This document shows positions 1-11,430 of a stretch of DNA of 64,000 nucleotides, piece after piece. Under the pieces are notes generated by a model. The model was not told the origin of the DNA. It was given only the letters and a program-made list of their open reading frames with translations, and made no database searches. The first letter of the stretch is position 1. The number at the start of each line of letters is the position of its first letter. A program made the position numbers and the translations under genes. Source of the stretch: Octopus sinensis (Eukaryota); contig NC_042997.1 of assembly GCF_006345805.1 (NCBI RefSeq), forward strand, positions 170,376,001-170,440,000. The letters are read 5' to 3'.

Positions 1-574
1 TATGGTCATGTGCTGCGGATGGATGAAGAGAGATGTGTGAAGAAGTGCCACTCCCAAACAGTTGAAGGTATCAGGGGGAGAGGTAGACCCAGGAAGACAT
101 GGGATGAGGTAGTCAAGCATGACCTCAGAGCATTGGGCCTCACTGAGGCAATGGCGAAGGACCGAGATCTCTGGAGATATGCTGTGACTACAAAGACCCG
201 GGCTGCTTTCTGCAGCAATTCCACTTACCCCCTACCCATTCTAAGTACCCCGGATCCCCAAAGTACCCTGGATCCCCAAAGTACCCGATCCCCAAAGTAC
301 CCCGGACCTCGTTGCCCCCGTGCCGCTGACACGTTAAAAGCTCGAACCGATCGTGACCGATGCCGGACCCTCCGGCCCCTGTGCAGGTGGCACGTAAAAA
401 GCACCCAATCCACTCACGGAGTGGTTGGCGTTAGGATGGGCATCCAGCCGTAGAAACTCTGCCAGATTCAGACTGGAGCCTGGAGCGGCCCCTGGCTTCC
501 CAGACCCGGTCGAACCGTCCAACCCGTGCTAGCGCGGAAAGCGGACGTTAAACGATGATGATGATGATGATGAT
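1..574 (+). mobile_element. RTE-clade LINE 3' end (RT C-terminus, 3' UTR, (GAT)n tail)
   Basis: ORF 10..453 begins with RMDEERCVKK...GRGRPRKTWDEVVKHDL; shared tail ending ...gcggacgttaaacgatgatgat, followed by (TA)n. Confidence 0.9.
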
Positions 575-738
575 ATATATATATATTAATATATATTTTA
601 TATCTTATATGTAAAGCATAATATGTTATACATATATGTATATCTTGTAATTGTCAGTTTAGTAAATAAATAATAAGTTTACATAATATAAATTTTAATG
701 TTGATGAACCACCTATTGATCCCTTCCATTTTCTTATT

Positions 739-740
<2 letters not shown>

Positions 741-809
<69 letters not shown>
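741..809. repeat. (CT)n(AT)n compound microsatellite
   Basis: visible directly. Confidence 0.95.
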
Positions 810-811
<2 letters not shown>

Positions 812-1354
812 GTGTGTGTATGCACATGTGCACATGCACACAAACATATAAATAAACATAAGATGTTCATTTGTTCTTAACCAGTCAGGATTTTATCAGT
901 AAAACACATCTTTAGTTACTTTTTTATAATTTACGTAAATAATGATGTTTAAGTAAATCTGTCTATTTCCCAGGAGTTTGTTAAACCTGTTTAATTCTGA
1001 GAGACATAGTATTCTATACAAATGTTGCTAACAAGTTATTGGAGAAAAAGCTCAGGACAATAGCTAAATCTTGAATTACTTTATACATTTTATCTATTCA
1101 TTAACCGTCAATCCATCCTTCATCAATAAATCTACTTATCCATCCATCCATTTATTTGGTCAGTCATTCATCCATCAGTTCATTCACTCACTCATCATCC
1201 ATCCATTCATCTATTTATTGAGTCACTCATCCATTTATCCATCATCAATTCACTTTTGTGAACACATACAACTGCAGCCCATCAACCAACCAACCAATCC
1301 ATCCATCCATCCAGTGATGTCTGTCTGTCTTGATATATTTTCTGTTTTCTCTAG

Positions 1355-1436
1355 GCATGGAGATGGCTACATTGTAATTGGTTTTTCATCTGGGTACTTT
1401 GTTGGTATATCTACCCACATAAAAGAGATTGGACAG
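1355..1436 (+). CDS. WDR19: WDR19/IFT144 internal exon (first in window), (W)[27 protein letters not shown]
   Basis: ttttctctag acceptor and CAG|gtatgt donor; peptide matches human WDR19 [28 protein letters not shown] as recalled; 82 nt, phase 2 in, phase 0 out. Confidence 0.95.
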
Positions 1437-1708
1437 GTATGTTTCACTTTTTAAGATTTTTATATGTGCTGATATTCATAGTAGATATTAACTGCAACAC
1501 TTTCTCAGATATGGGAGCTTTTGACAAGATCATGGGCTCTGTCTCTACTTTCTGACTAATTTAATGAAAAAAAAAAAAAACGGAATTGTCTTGGTATTTC
1601 TAACTTTCTTATATAAGCGTTATATAAAATATTTTATATATAGATATTATCTAATATAAAAAGAACAGCAGTTAATATTTTCAAATTTCTATTATATTAG
1701 TAACGGCA

Positions 1709-3220
1709 TTCATCATCATCATCATCATCGTTTAGCGTCCGCTTTCCATGCTAGCATGGGTTGGACGGGTCAACTGGGGTCTGTGAAGCTGGAAGGCTTC
1801 GTCAGGCCCAGTCAGATCTGGCAGTGTTTCTACGGCTGGATGCCCTTCCTAACGCCAACCACTCCGCGAGTGTAGTGGGTGTTTTTTACGTGCCACCTGC
1901 ACAGGTGCCAGACAGAGCTGGCGAACGGCCATGAACGGATGGTGCTTTTACGTGTCACCGGCACGGGGCCAGGCGATGCTGGCAACGGACATGAATGGAT
2001 GGTGCTTTTACGTGCCACCGACACGGGGCCAGACAGAGCTGGCAACCGGCCACGAACGGACGGTGCTTTTACGTGTCACCGGCACGGGGGCCAGCCGAGG
2101 CTGGCAACGGACGCGAACGGATGGTGCTTTTACGTGCCACCGACACGGTTGCCAGACAGAGCTGGCAAACTGCCACGAGCGGACGGTGCTTTTACGTGTC
2201 ACCGGCACGGGGGCCAGCCGAGGCTGGCAATGGACATGGACGGATGGTGCTTTTACGTGCCACCGACACGGGGCCAGACATAGCTGGCAAACGGCCACGA
2301 ACGGATGGTGCTTTTACGTGCCACCGACACGGGGCCAGACAGAGCTGGCAAACGGCCACGAACGGACGGTGCTTTTACATGTCACCGGCACGGGGCCAGG
2401 CGAGGCTGGCAACGAACACGAACGGATGGTGCTTTTACGTGCCACCGACACGGGGCCAGGCAGAGCTGGCAAACGGCCATGAGCGAATGGTGCTTTTACG
2501 TATCACCGGCACGGGTGCCAGACGAGGCTGACAGCGGACACGAACGGATGGGTCACTTAACCCCTGCTTTCTGATATATGATTTGATTTTGATTGTTCTC
2601 ACTGGTCTTGCTGGGTCTTCTCACGCACAGCATACTTCCATAGGACTCGGTCTCTGGTCATTTCCTTGGTGAGACCTAGAGTTCGAAGGTCGTGCTTCAC
2701 CACCTCGACCCAGGTTTTCCTGGGTCTACCTCTTCCACAGGTCCCCTCAACTGCCAGGGTGTGGCACTTTTTCACACACCTATCTTCATCCATTCTCACC
2801 ACATGACCATACCAGCGCAATCGTCTCTCTTGCACACAACATCTGATGCCTCTTAGGTCCAACTTTTCTCTCAAGGTACTTACACTCTGTCGACTATGAA
2901 CACTGACATTACACATCCAACGGAGCATACTAGCTTCATTTCTCGCGAGCTTACGCATGTCCTCAGCAGTCACGGCCCATGTTTCACTGCCGTGTAGCCT
3001 GGCTGTTCGTACACATGCATCATACAGTCTGCCTTTTACTCTGAGCGAGAGGCCTTTAGTCACCAACAGAGGTAAGAGCTCCCTAAACTTTGCCCAGGCT
3101 ATTCTTACTCTAGCCGTTACACTTTCAGCACACCCACCCCCACTACTGACTTGGTCACCAAGATAACGGAAGCTATCAACTACTTCTAGTTTTTCCCCCT
3201 GGAAAGTGACGGAAGTTGTA
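1709..3220 (-). mobile_element. 5'-truncated RTE LINE with uninterrupted ORF2 C-terminus and expanded 3' UTR array
   Basis: ORF 2599..3243 (FRYLG, RLHGSETW, RRLRWYGHVVRM, GRGRPRKTW); (CAT)n tail at 1709-1729. Confidence 0.93.
1880..2550 (-). repeat. ~60-62 bp tandem array (about 11 units) in the RTE 3' UTR
   Basis: ggtgcttttac recurs at 1941, 2001, 2062, 2123, 2185, 2246, 2307, 2368, 2428, 2489. Confidence 0.95.
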
Positions 3221-3272
3221 CTGTAGTATACCAAAATTAACATGCAAACACATTCATAAGAAGAATGAGTAT

Positions 3273-4190
3273 AAATAATAATAATAATAATAATAATAAT
3301 AATTGTGTACAGTGCTCAGGTGCACTACAACTCATCTAAAGTGTATATATAATCAGGTGTAGTTTCGACGGATTTCGGGAAGCATGAGGGCCTTAAAGGA
3401 TGCAGTGTCATGGCAGTCAACAACTGATGCAGGCAGTTTATTCCACGCTTCAGCAACCCTGAGCATGAAAAAATGTTTCCGAAAGTCATGGGAGCTGTGC
3501 TGTTTTCTGACTTGTAGGCATGTCCACGTGTGTTAGACACATGGAGATCAAAAAGGTGTTCAGTGTTGTTGTTGGTGAGGTGGTTGATAACCTTGTGGGT
3601 GTTTACCAAGTCCGTCGCCAGACGCCGGAGCTTCAGTGAATCCATGCCCAGGGAAACAAGGTGCTCAGAATATGGTAGGTGTCTGATGGAGGGTATGCAT
3701 TTGGTTGCACGTCTCTGGACAGATTCCAGGAGGTCAATGTTCTGAGCAAGATAGGGATTCCAAACTGATGATGCGAATTCCAAGTGTGGTCGTACCATAG
3801 CTGTATACAGTTTTAAATAGATGGCTGGAGAGCGGCTAACAAAAGTCTTGCTGAGTGATGCCAAGACACCCTCGGCCTTCTTGACATTTTAGAGATATGC
3901 TTTGTCCAACGCAAATCACTGCTGACAGTGATGCCTAGGTCACGCTCGCAAGAGGATTTCTTGATATCAGTGTTGTGGAGGGAGTATGTGGACGCAGGGT
4001 TTTTTCTCCCAAAATGCATGGTGGTACACTTGTCCACAGCCAGTTTCAGTTGCCAGTCTGTGATCCATTGCTGCATTGTGTCTAGGTCTGATTGCAGGAA
4101 AGAGTTGTAGACATCAGGATCAGTCCTCTTGATTTCAAGGTACAGCTTGATGTTGTCTGCATATTTCAATACTGTGGCATTCTTTAAATT
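3273..4190 (-). mobile_element. CR1-clade LINE 3' fragment with (ATT)n tail
   Basis: LKYADNIKLY...LQSDLD...WQL (RT), VRPHLEFASSVWNPY...LESVQRRATK; one frameshift between ORFs 3813..4283 and 3325..3864. Confidence 0.88.
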
Positions 4191-4396
4191 GGCATCTAGT
4201 ATGTGGCTATTAATATGAATATAAAATAAAATAAAATAAATTGAAACCCAACGGTCAAAATTTGACCACAACAAACAAATCAATACATGACTACCGATGC
4301 ATGATGCTAATGGTCAAGAAATCTTTGGCAGGAAAGTCTACATGAATTCAATTAGTATATAATAAGCAACACAAATCCCAAATATGTATATATATA

Positions 4397-5656
4397 TTGG
4401 GTCATTCCATAAATAATGCAGTTTTTTTATACTTCTTTTATTTTTTAAATTAACATAAACAAAGTTCTTTTTTAATCTAAACTATACTCTCCTTCATTTT
4501 CTACAATGTTCTTCCATCTATCTGGTAGACTTGCAAGGCTCCTCTTCCAAAATTCACTTGTCTGTGACGAAAAATACTCCTCCAGTACTGTTCTCACTTT
4601 GTCTACAGAATTCATATTTTTTCTGTTCAAATGATTTTGAAGGCTGTAGAATAAATGATAATCAGATGGGGAAATGCCCAGTGAACATGGTGGGTGGGGT
4701 ATTGTTTCCCATTCAAACTGCTCCAGCCTTTGGAATGTCATCCTTGCTGTATGTGGCTGAGCATTTGTCTTGAAACCAAAGATAGTCATTTTCCTTCTAG
4801 CACTGACTTAAGCCATTCAAGCTGCTTGCAGTAGATCTCCTTTGTTATTGTTTGGTTCAGGTTTAAAAGTTCAGTGGACTAAACCTTTCATATCCCACCA
4901 AACAGATAACAACTCCTTATGTGGGTGAAGACCTTCTTTATCTTGGGGTGCTGCTGTTTCTCCTTTCCCTACCCACTGTCTTCAGTGTTTTAATTTTTAT
5001 AGAGAACCCATTTCTTGTCACCAGTCACTATTTGGTCCAAAAAAGGTGCATTTGTGAGACGTGACAGCGAAGAAGAGCACACTTTCATTCTCTGTGCTCA
5101 ATTAGACTTGAAAAGTTTGTGAGGAATCTATTGACCCAATTCGCTGACTTTTCTGATGGCATGCAGGTGTCGATGAATGGTTGAATGACAAAATCCAAGC
5201 TTCTCTGCTAGTTCCTCAACAGTTACAATGGGATTTTCTTCCACCAGGGTTTGCAGGATGTCCTTGTTGAGCTCTACAAATCTTCCAGGATGAGGCTCAT
5301 CTTCTAGGCTGTAGTTTCCAGCTCAGAATTTTTGGAACCACTGTTGACACTGGTTTACATTTATTGTTTGATCCCCATATATTGCATTGATATTCCTTGC
5401 ACTTTCCATTGCGCTATTGCCTTTATTGAACTCATAAAGCAAAATATTTCAAACATGCTCACTTCCATTATAGCTTTATAATTTTAAAATAACTGTTAAA
5501 ATTGAACTGCACTCTTCAAAACTTGCAGTAAGAATAAGGACAAGGTAAAATTACTACCTGCTTTTATAGCAAGTTGATGCAGGTAGTTTATCCTGTCCCC
5601 CTCTGACTTTTACTTCATGCAAATGAAAAAACTGCAACATTTATAGGATGATCTGA
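4397..5656 (-). mobile_element. Decayed mariner transposon (~1.26 kb)
   Basis: TA-flanked imperfect TIRs ttgggtcattccataaataatgcagt / actgcaacatttataggatgatctga; HPPCSLGISPSDYHLF resembles the mariner HPPYSPDLAPSDYHLF motif. Confidence 0.85.
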
Positions 5657-5828
5657 TACGTACATGTACGCATGCTGAGACAGACAGAGGTGAGCACATA
5701 AGTGCAAAACAAGGTTGAGAAAAATAGTACTTGTATCCCAAAGGTAGAGTAAGATAAATATGAAATTCTGAGTAACAGTTCTATAATAATTTTACAGCTT
5801 TAATAAAAAGCATGTATATATATATTTG

Positions 5829-6008
5829 GCCCTCATGCTGGTGGCATGTAAAAGCACCCACTACACTCTCAAAGTGGTTGGCATTAGGAAGGGCATCCAG
5901 CTGGAGAAACTGTGCCAGATTAAGATTGGAGCCTGGTGCAGCCATCTGGTTTGCCAGTCCTCAGTCAAGTCGTCCAACCTATGCTAGCATGGAAAGCGGC
6001 CATTAAAC

Positions 6009-6041
<33 letters not shown>
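5829..6041 (+). mobile_element. RTE 3'-tail fragment inserted in (TA)n
   Basis: same tail as 370-574, (GAT)n end, TA repeats on both sides. Confidence 0.85.
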
Positions 6042-6087
<46 letters not shown>

Positions 6088-7497
6088 CATTCAATTCTTG
6101 GAAGTGATCTCTTGGTTAGAGTCTGACTGGATCTAGTGCCTCGTACATTGGACTAACAAGAACAGTGTTTAGGGAGTCAGATCATCCACTCATTGGTTCA
6201 TGTATGTGACAGATGCAGTCTGCTGCTATGGGGCACTCTTCTGAGCCAGAATTGGTTCATTAACTAATGAGTGCTATTCCTTCAAGCACAAGGCCAGCTC
6301 TTGTGCTATTCTGCACTTGTCTGATGAGGACACCATCTAGGAGGTTAGGATCAGTGAACATCAACTGGAGAAACTATCCCTATAAGCGTGGACCATTGGG
6401 ATAGGTACTCCACATAGGTGTTTGTTGCCAGATGGCTGCACCTCCAGGATGCATGGCACCATCTACATTTAAAAGCCAGAATTGGCTATGATGACAGTGC
6501 CTGTGAGACCACCCATGGTAAGTAACAGGGGGAGAAATAAAAATCTCTTTAATAAAGTAGGCATATGCCTCATGGTGGCACAGAACCTGAGACAACATGG
6601 TGGGACTGAACCTGAAATGAGAAGCAAGCTTCTAAACCACACCTACACTTACAAAAAAATTATGATAGGATGATCACTAATGAACTTTTTTGATCATAAG
6701 TATACTTGATATGGTTGACCTGGGGCTAAAAAATAATGAGATATATCACTAATACTGCTTGTGTTTTATCTCATAATGATGAAAGACTTGATTAGTGACT
6801 ATTTGAATTTAGATTGGCTTCATCTCAAATCTACTCCACTGTTTGTGAATCACTGTCTTGAGAAACTTCGAAAAAAAAAAAAAAAGAACCCTAAAAAATA
6901 TATTGTTAATCCGGCCACCAACACTTTTTTCTGCAAAATAGGGGTAGCTTATCCTGTTCAGGCTATATTATTAGCATTATCCTGCGTTTGAGAATTTAAA
7001 ATCACTTCTTTAATATTGTTAATTGTTAATGTGATATAGAAATTTAATCTTCTGTAAACATGCTCAGTGAGAAGAGAAAGGGTCATTGTCATGACTTTTG
7101 TAGAGCCTCCAGATCTAGTAGAGGAGGTGAAGAGAGGAAGAAACCACAACTCATGGTTGCTGCAACATAAAGCTATACATCAACACATTGAGTTATTCTC
7201 TAGCACAAGCTTTGGTGCAAATGCTTGCAATTCACTGGGCTCCACTGAAGATAGTCAAGAGCCAGATGATGGTGTTAAACCAGCAACAGATTAGTTCTAC
7301 CTAGCAAAGGAAATATCTAACATCAGAGACCAACAAGCTTCCACACAATTTTCACCTATATTTTATTCACAAGGCCTGAATTGACCTAAGCCTTTACTGG
7401 ATCACTTGCCAAAGATGCTGTGTTGTGGGATCTCACCCTGAACTCAGTAATTACTAAGGGAACTGTTTAATCATCTGGTCATACTTTTGCCCATAGA

Positions 7498-7856
7498 TCA
7501 TCATCATCATTGTTTAACGTCCGCTTTCCATGCTAGCGTGGGTTGGACGATTGACTGAGGGCTGGCAAACCAGATGGCTGCACCAGGCTTCAACCTTGAT
7601 CTGGCAGAGTTTCTACAGCTGGATGCCCTTCCTAACGCCAAACACTCCGAGAGTGCAGTGGGTGCTTTTACATGCCACCGGCACGGGGCCAGTCAGGTAG
7701 TACTGGCAACGACCTCACTTGAATCTTTTACACATGCCACCGGCACAGGTGCCAGTAAGGCAATGCTGGTAACGATCACGCTTGAATGGTGTCTTTTACA
7801 TGCCACCGGCATGGAGGCCAGAAAGCCGCTCTGGCAATGATCACACTCAGATGGTG
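7498..7856 (-). mobile_element. RTE 3'-tail fragment with about 4 UTR units
   Basis: catcat...tttaacgtccgctttccatgctag head and tgccaccggcac units. Confidence 0.85.
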
Positions 7857-7975
7857 TTGATATTATGTGGTGGTGAATATGATGTTGGTTCTGTTGTTGC
7901 TTTCTTTTTTTATGCTTATGAATTATAATTATCTTTATGAATTATTAATCATTGTTATATTAATTGCTGTTTCAG

Positions 7976-8067
7976 GAACTATTTTCAACACATGATCACA
8001 AAGAAGGCCTGACAAATCTTGCATTGTCTCCGTATTTGAACAAAATAGCGACATCTGGTGGCAGCAG
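7976..8067 (+). CDS. WDR19: WDR19 exon, ELFSTHDHKEGLTNLALSPYLNKIATSGGS
   Basis: gctgtttcag / CAG|gtaaat; matches [29 protein letters not shown]; 92 nt, phases fit neighbours. Confidence 0.93.
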
Positions 8068-8207
8068 GTAAATAATTTTATCTGACTTTAGGAGGTTGCA
8101 GCTTATTCTACTGGTGATGATGTGGTCAAAGGTGCATTGGAATTTCTTGGCACTCAGGATAAAAATTTCATTTGGTATCCTCACCTAAATTTATAAGATT
8201 TCATCAC

Positions 8208-8209
<2 letters not shown>

Positions 8210-8306
<97 letters not shown>

Positions 8307-8471
8307 GCACACGTGTGCACACACACACACCTGCACACACAGATGCTTGTGCAGACACACACATGCCTGCGCACACAGATGCATGTGCATACACACACAC
8401 ACCACAAATAGCCACGCATGCACACTCACGCACAAACACACACAAACACACACACACACAAACACACACAA

Positions 8472-8500
<29 letters not shown>
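8210..8500. repeat. (CA)n and degenerate CA-rich satellite
   Basis: visible directly; source of spurious HT/VC ORFs. Confidence 0.95.
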
Positions 8501-8502
<2 letters not shown>

Positions 8503-9356
8503 AATCTGTTTTGTGTAATGAGTGGAATTCTTGGAGGAACATTCACCATTAGATCCTGATACTGCAAGCTACACTCAGTACTAGTTATTTACAGTCTCTT
8601 GTCTTGTGAGACAAACACACAGTATAGCTTCTTAATACATACCATATGTACTTCATCATCTTTTCTTTGGCTTTTCTGTTTTGGAGCCAGCTATTCATAC
8701 ACTGGGGTCTTGGAAGTACCTGAATAAATCTGCTTTGCCAGATATAACTTTAATTCTGCTATAATGTCCTGTTGCCTGTTTGAATACATAGGCTTCCTGG
8801 CTTCTGCTGAACTATCCAACACATGTCAGTATGGAAAACGGGCATTAAATGGTGATGATAATGTCATTATTACATCTAGTAATAAGGAATATTTTGTACA
8901 GAATGTTGGCGATAAGGAGCTTCCAACCTATGAAAGGCTTCTATCTTCTTTGAAACTTTTGTCAATAACTGGCAAGAGTATGACATGCTGGAAGGAAGAT
9001 TTAAGGTGCTGGATTAAAGTTTTGCTCAGGCCTGTACATACATGGAGAGATGCATGGCTAAACTTAATCAACTGAGGCCCCTATCTTTGCATAGCACAAC
9101 TGATAGGTTATTGTTAACATTTAATATAAGTAGCATTAGAAAGCTAACTAGAAATAATTTTATATTAGTCATTGACTAATATTATTTATATTATCATCAC
9201 ATAATTATTCCTCATTAGTATTTTACTATTCTCTGTATTAGCTATCTTAATATGGTACTACGGGAAGGTTTACGAAAATAAACAAAAGACGAAGGCAGGT
9301 GGAGTACAAACAAACAAATGTATTAGTATGGCGCTCAGGAATAGAAATAGAACAAG

Positions 9357-9394
9357 TCTTTTATGTTTCGAGCCTACGCTCCTCGACAGAAAGA
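9357..9394 (-). ncRNA. Decayed minimal type I hammerhead-like motif (Penelope-type)
   Basis: UCUUU-CUGUCGA-G-GAGC(GUAG)GCUC-GAAAC-A-UA/AAAGA; stems I and II intact, two core deviations. Confidence 0.5.
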
Positions 9395-9648
9395 TACACA
9401 GAAAAAAAAACAAGGAGAGAAAAAAAATGTGTGTAGGAGCTAACGATCTATCATTGATATGGTACTAACTCTGTTGACACTAACTTAACTGTTCTGGTAA
9501 TGTCAAGCATAGCAAGGTGTCCTGTCTTATTCAATGTTTGCAACAAGAAATAACTTCTTTTATCTAAGTTTGAATGAATCTACTGTTAAAAATTTCAATG
9601 TATAATTGTCCTCTGTCTTATTTATTTTCTGTTCATTTTCATCTTCAG

Positions 9649-9889
9649 TATCCGCATTCACGAGATGAATGACTCTCAGGAAATCTATGCTATAATTCAA
9701 CTTGAAGAAGATTACACTGTTGACAAAATGCTGTGGACTGAGGATGGTCAATTGATGGCAGTTTCATCTTTTTATGGTCATCTGCAGGTCTTTTTGACTA
9801 AATTACCCATGCTAGCCGTCACTTACCAAACCCGAATTGCTAACTTAACATCATTACTTGAAGTCACAGTTCAGGACAATGTCAATAAT
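9649..9889 (+). CDS. WDR19: WDR19 exon, IRIHEMNDSQEIY...WTEDGQLMAVS...FLTKLPML...RIANLTSLLEVTVQDNVNN
   Basis: atcttcag / AAT|gtgagt; WTxDGQL, FLTKLP and LTSLLEVTV motifs of WDR19; 241 nt. Confidence 0.97.
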
Positions 9890-9903
9890 GTGAGTGTTTA
9901 TTA

Positions 9904-10503
9904 CGAGGTTGAGTCAAAAAGTAATGCCATTTTGTTTAGGACAGGTATAATTACCAACACAGGAACATGTATCATACATCAAAATGAAGCTGGTCCTCTG
10001 TAGATCACATCCCTACTTCTCAACATAGTCACCGTTTCTCTCAATAGCAATGTTCCACCTTTGAATGAGAGCATGTATCCCTGCCCCTAAAATTCTGTTG
10101 ACTGTTCTTTGAGCCACTCCTTCACTACAGTTTTTACTTCCTTGTCACTGGAATAATTTTTGCCTCTCAAACCCTCTTTCATGGGGCCGAAGAGATGATA
10201 GTCCAGTGACAATGATACTCCAGTGATGATGATAGTCCTGTGACGATGATAGTCTAGTGATGATGATAGTCCCGTAACGAGGAAGTGAAAACTGTAATGA
10301 AGAAGTGGCTCAAATAACAGTCAACAGAATTTTACGGGGCAGGGATAGATACTCTCATTCGAAAGTGGAACATTGCTATTGAGAGAAATGGTGACTGAGA
10401 AGTAGAGATGTAATCCACAGCGGACCAGTTTCATTTTGATGTATGATACATGTTCCTGTGTTGCTAATTAAACAAAATGGCATTACTTTTTGACTCACCC
10501 TCG
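9904..10503. mobile_element. Palindromic mariner MITE made of two transposon 3' ends
   Basis: arms 9904-10148 and 10274-10503 are inverted copies; terminal cgagg(t/g)tgagtcaaaaagtaatgcc; right arm encodes a mariner-like C-terminus EEVKTVMKKWLK. Confidence 0.85.
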
Positions 10504-11216
10504 TTGAGTGATAAATAAAATACCTTGCAGTATTTAATCATATTCCCTTATATGTGTTCAAATCTTGCATAAATTGACTTCACTTTCATCCTTCTGAGGT
10601 CCATATAGAACCACTTTAATTGACTATATATCTTAGAAATCTATGTAATCATTATTATTGCTACTATTAAGTGGATAGTAGTGGATAATAGAATGTGTAG
10701 AGTACTGGACGTTGTTTACAAAATTTAGTTATCTCCCCTAATATTATTGACTAATTTTAATACATACTTAAAAACAAGATAAAAATTATACTGAAACCTG
10801 AACTTTAATCTCATTGAAATCATAAGAATAACAGAAATACATTCGACACAATTTGACATTGATTGTTTGTAAACAGGAGTTGTTGATTACTTTTGTTTTA
10901 ACATATCATGAAAACAGAAGCCTTCGGAATTATTTATCATTAAATCAAATGTTTCTTTCTCTCCATCACTGTCTGTCTTCACAGCTTCAGTATCGTATTT
11001 GTTTGTTTCATTGAAGAGAGAAAACATATTTGTTTGTGTTTCATAGCTTTTTGTTATTAGCTTTCTGTTGTTCTCTATGAAATATTTGTTTTGTCCTTTA
11101 CTTGATATTTTATAATTACTGTGTTTTTGTTGATCTGTAATTGTTGATCCTTACAGCAATATGATCCTTTTCAATATCCCTTCTGCTCTTCTGCAAATAC
11201 ATTGTTATTGTCTATC

Positions 11217-11430
11217 ATCATCATCATCACTGTTTAACGTCCGCTTTCCATGCTAGCATGGGTTGGACGATTTGACTGAGGACTGGTGAACCAGATGGCT
11301 GCACCAGGCTCCAATCTTGATCTGGCAGAGTTTCTACAGCTGGATGCCCTTCCTAACGCCAACCACTCTGAGGGTGTAGTGGGTGCTTTTACATGCCACC
11401 AGCATGAGGGCCAGTCAGGCGGTAATTGGA
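11217..11430 (-). mobile_element. RTE 3'-tail fragment
   Basis: shared tail sequence. Confidence 0.85.

Noticed and set aside
1880-2550. CRISPR-like array (conserved repeat plus variable segment)
   Set aside because: The 'spacers' are homologous to each other, the array lies in a LINE 3' UTR within a eukaryotic intron, and there are no cas genes.
1879-2574. Overlapping 130-180-aa ORFs in several frames
   Set aside because: By-product of a stop-poor, GC-rich tandem array; not protein-like.
8172-8567. Long HT/VC/YI-repeat ORFs here and at 32296-32779, 34402-34874 and 43516-43939
   Set aside because: They are translations of microsatellites.
8764-9075. 103-aa + strand ORF between WDR19 exons
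   Set aside because: No similarity to WDR19, and the neighbouring exons already join in phase; it includes decayed repeat-tail sequence.
11277-11300. CUGAGGA followed by a CUGG/CCAG stem in RTE tails (many copies)
   Set aside because: The stem is followed by AUGG, not GAAA, so there is no hammerhead core.
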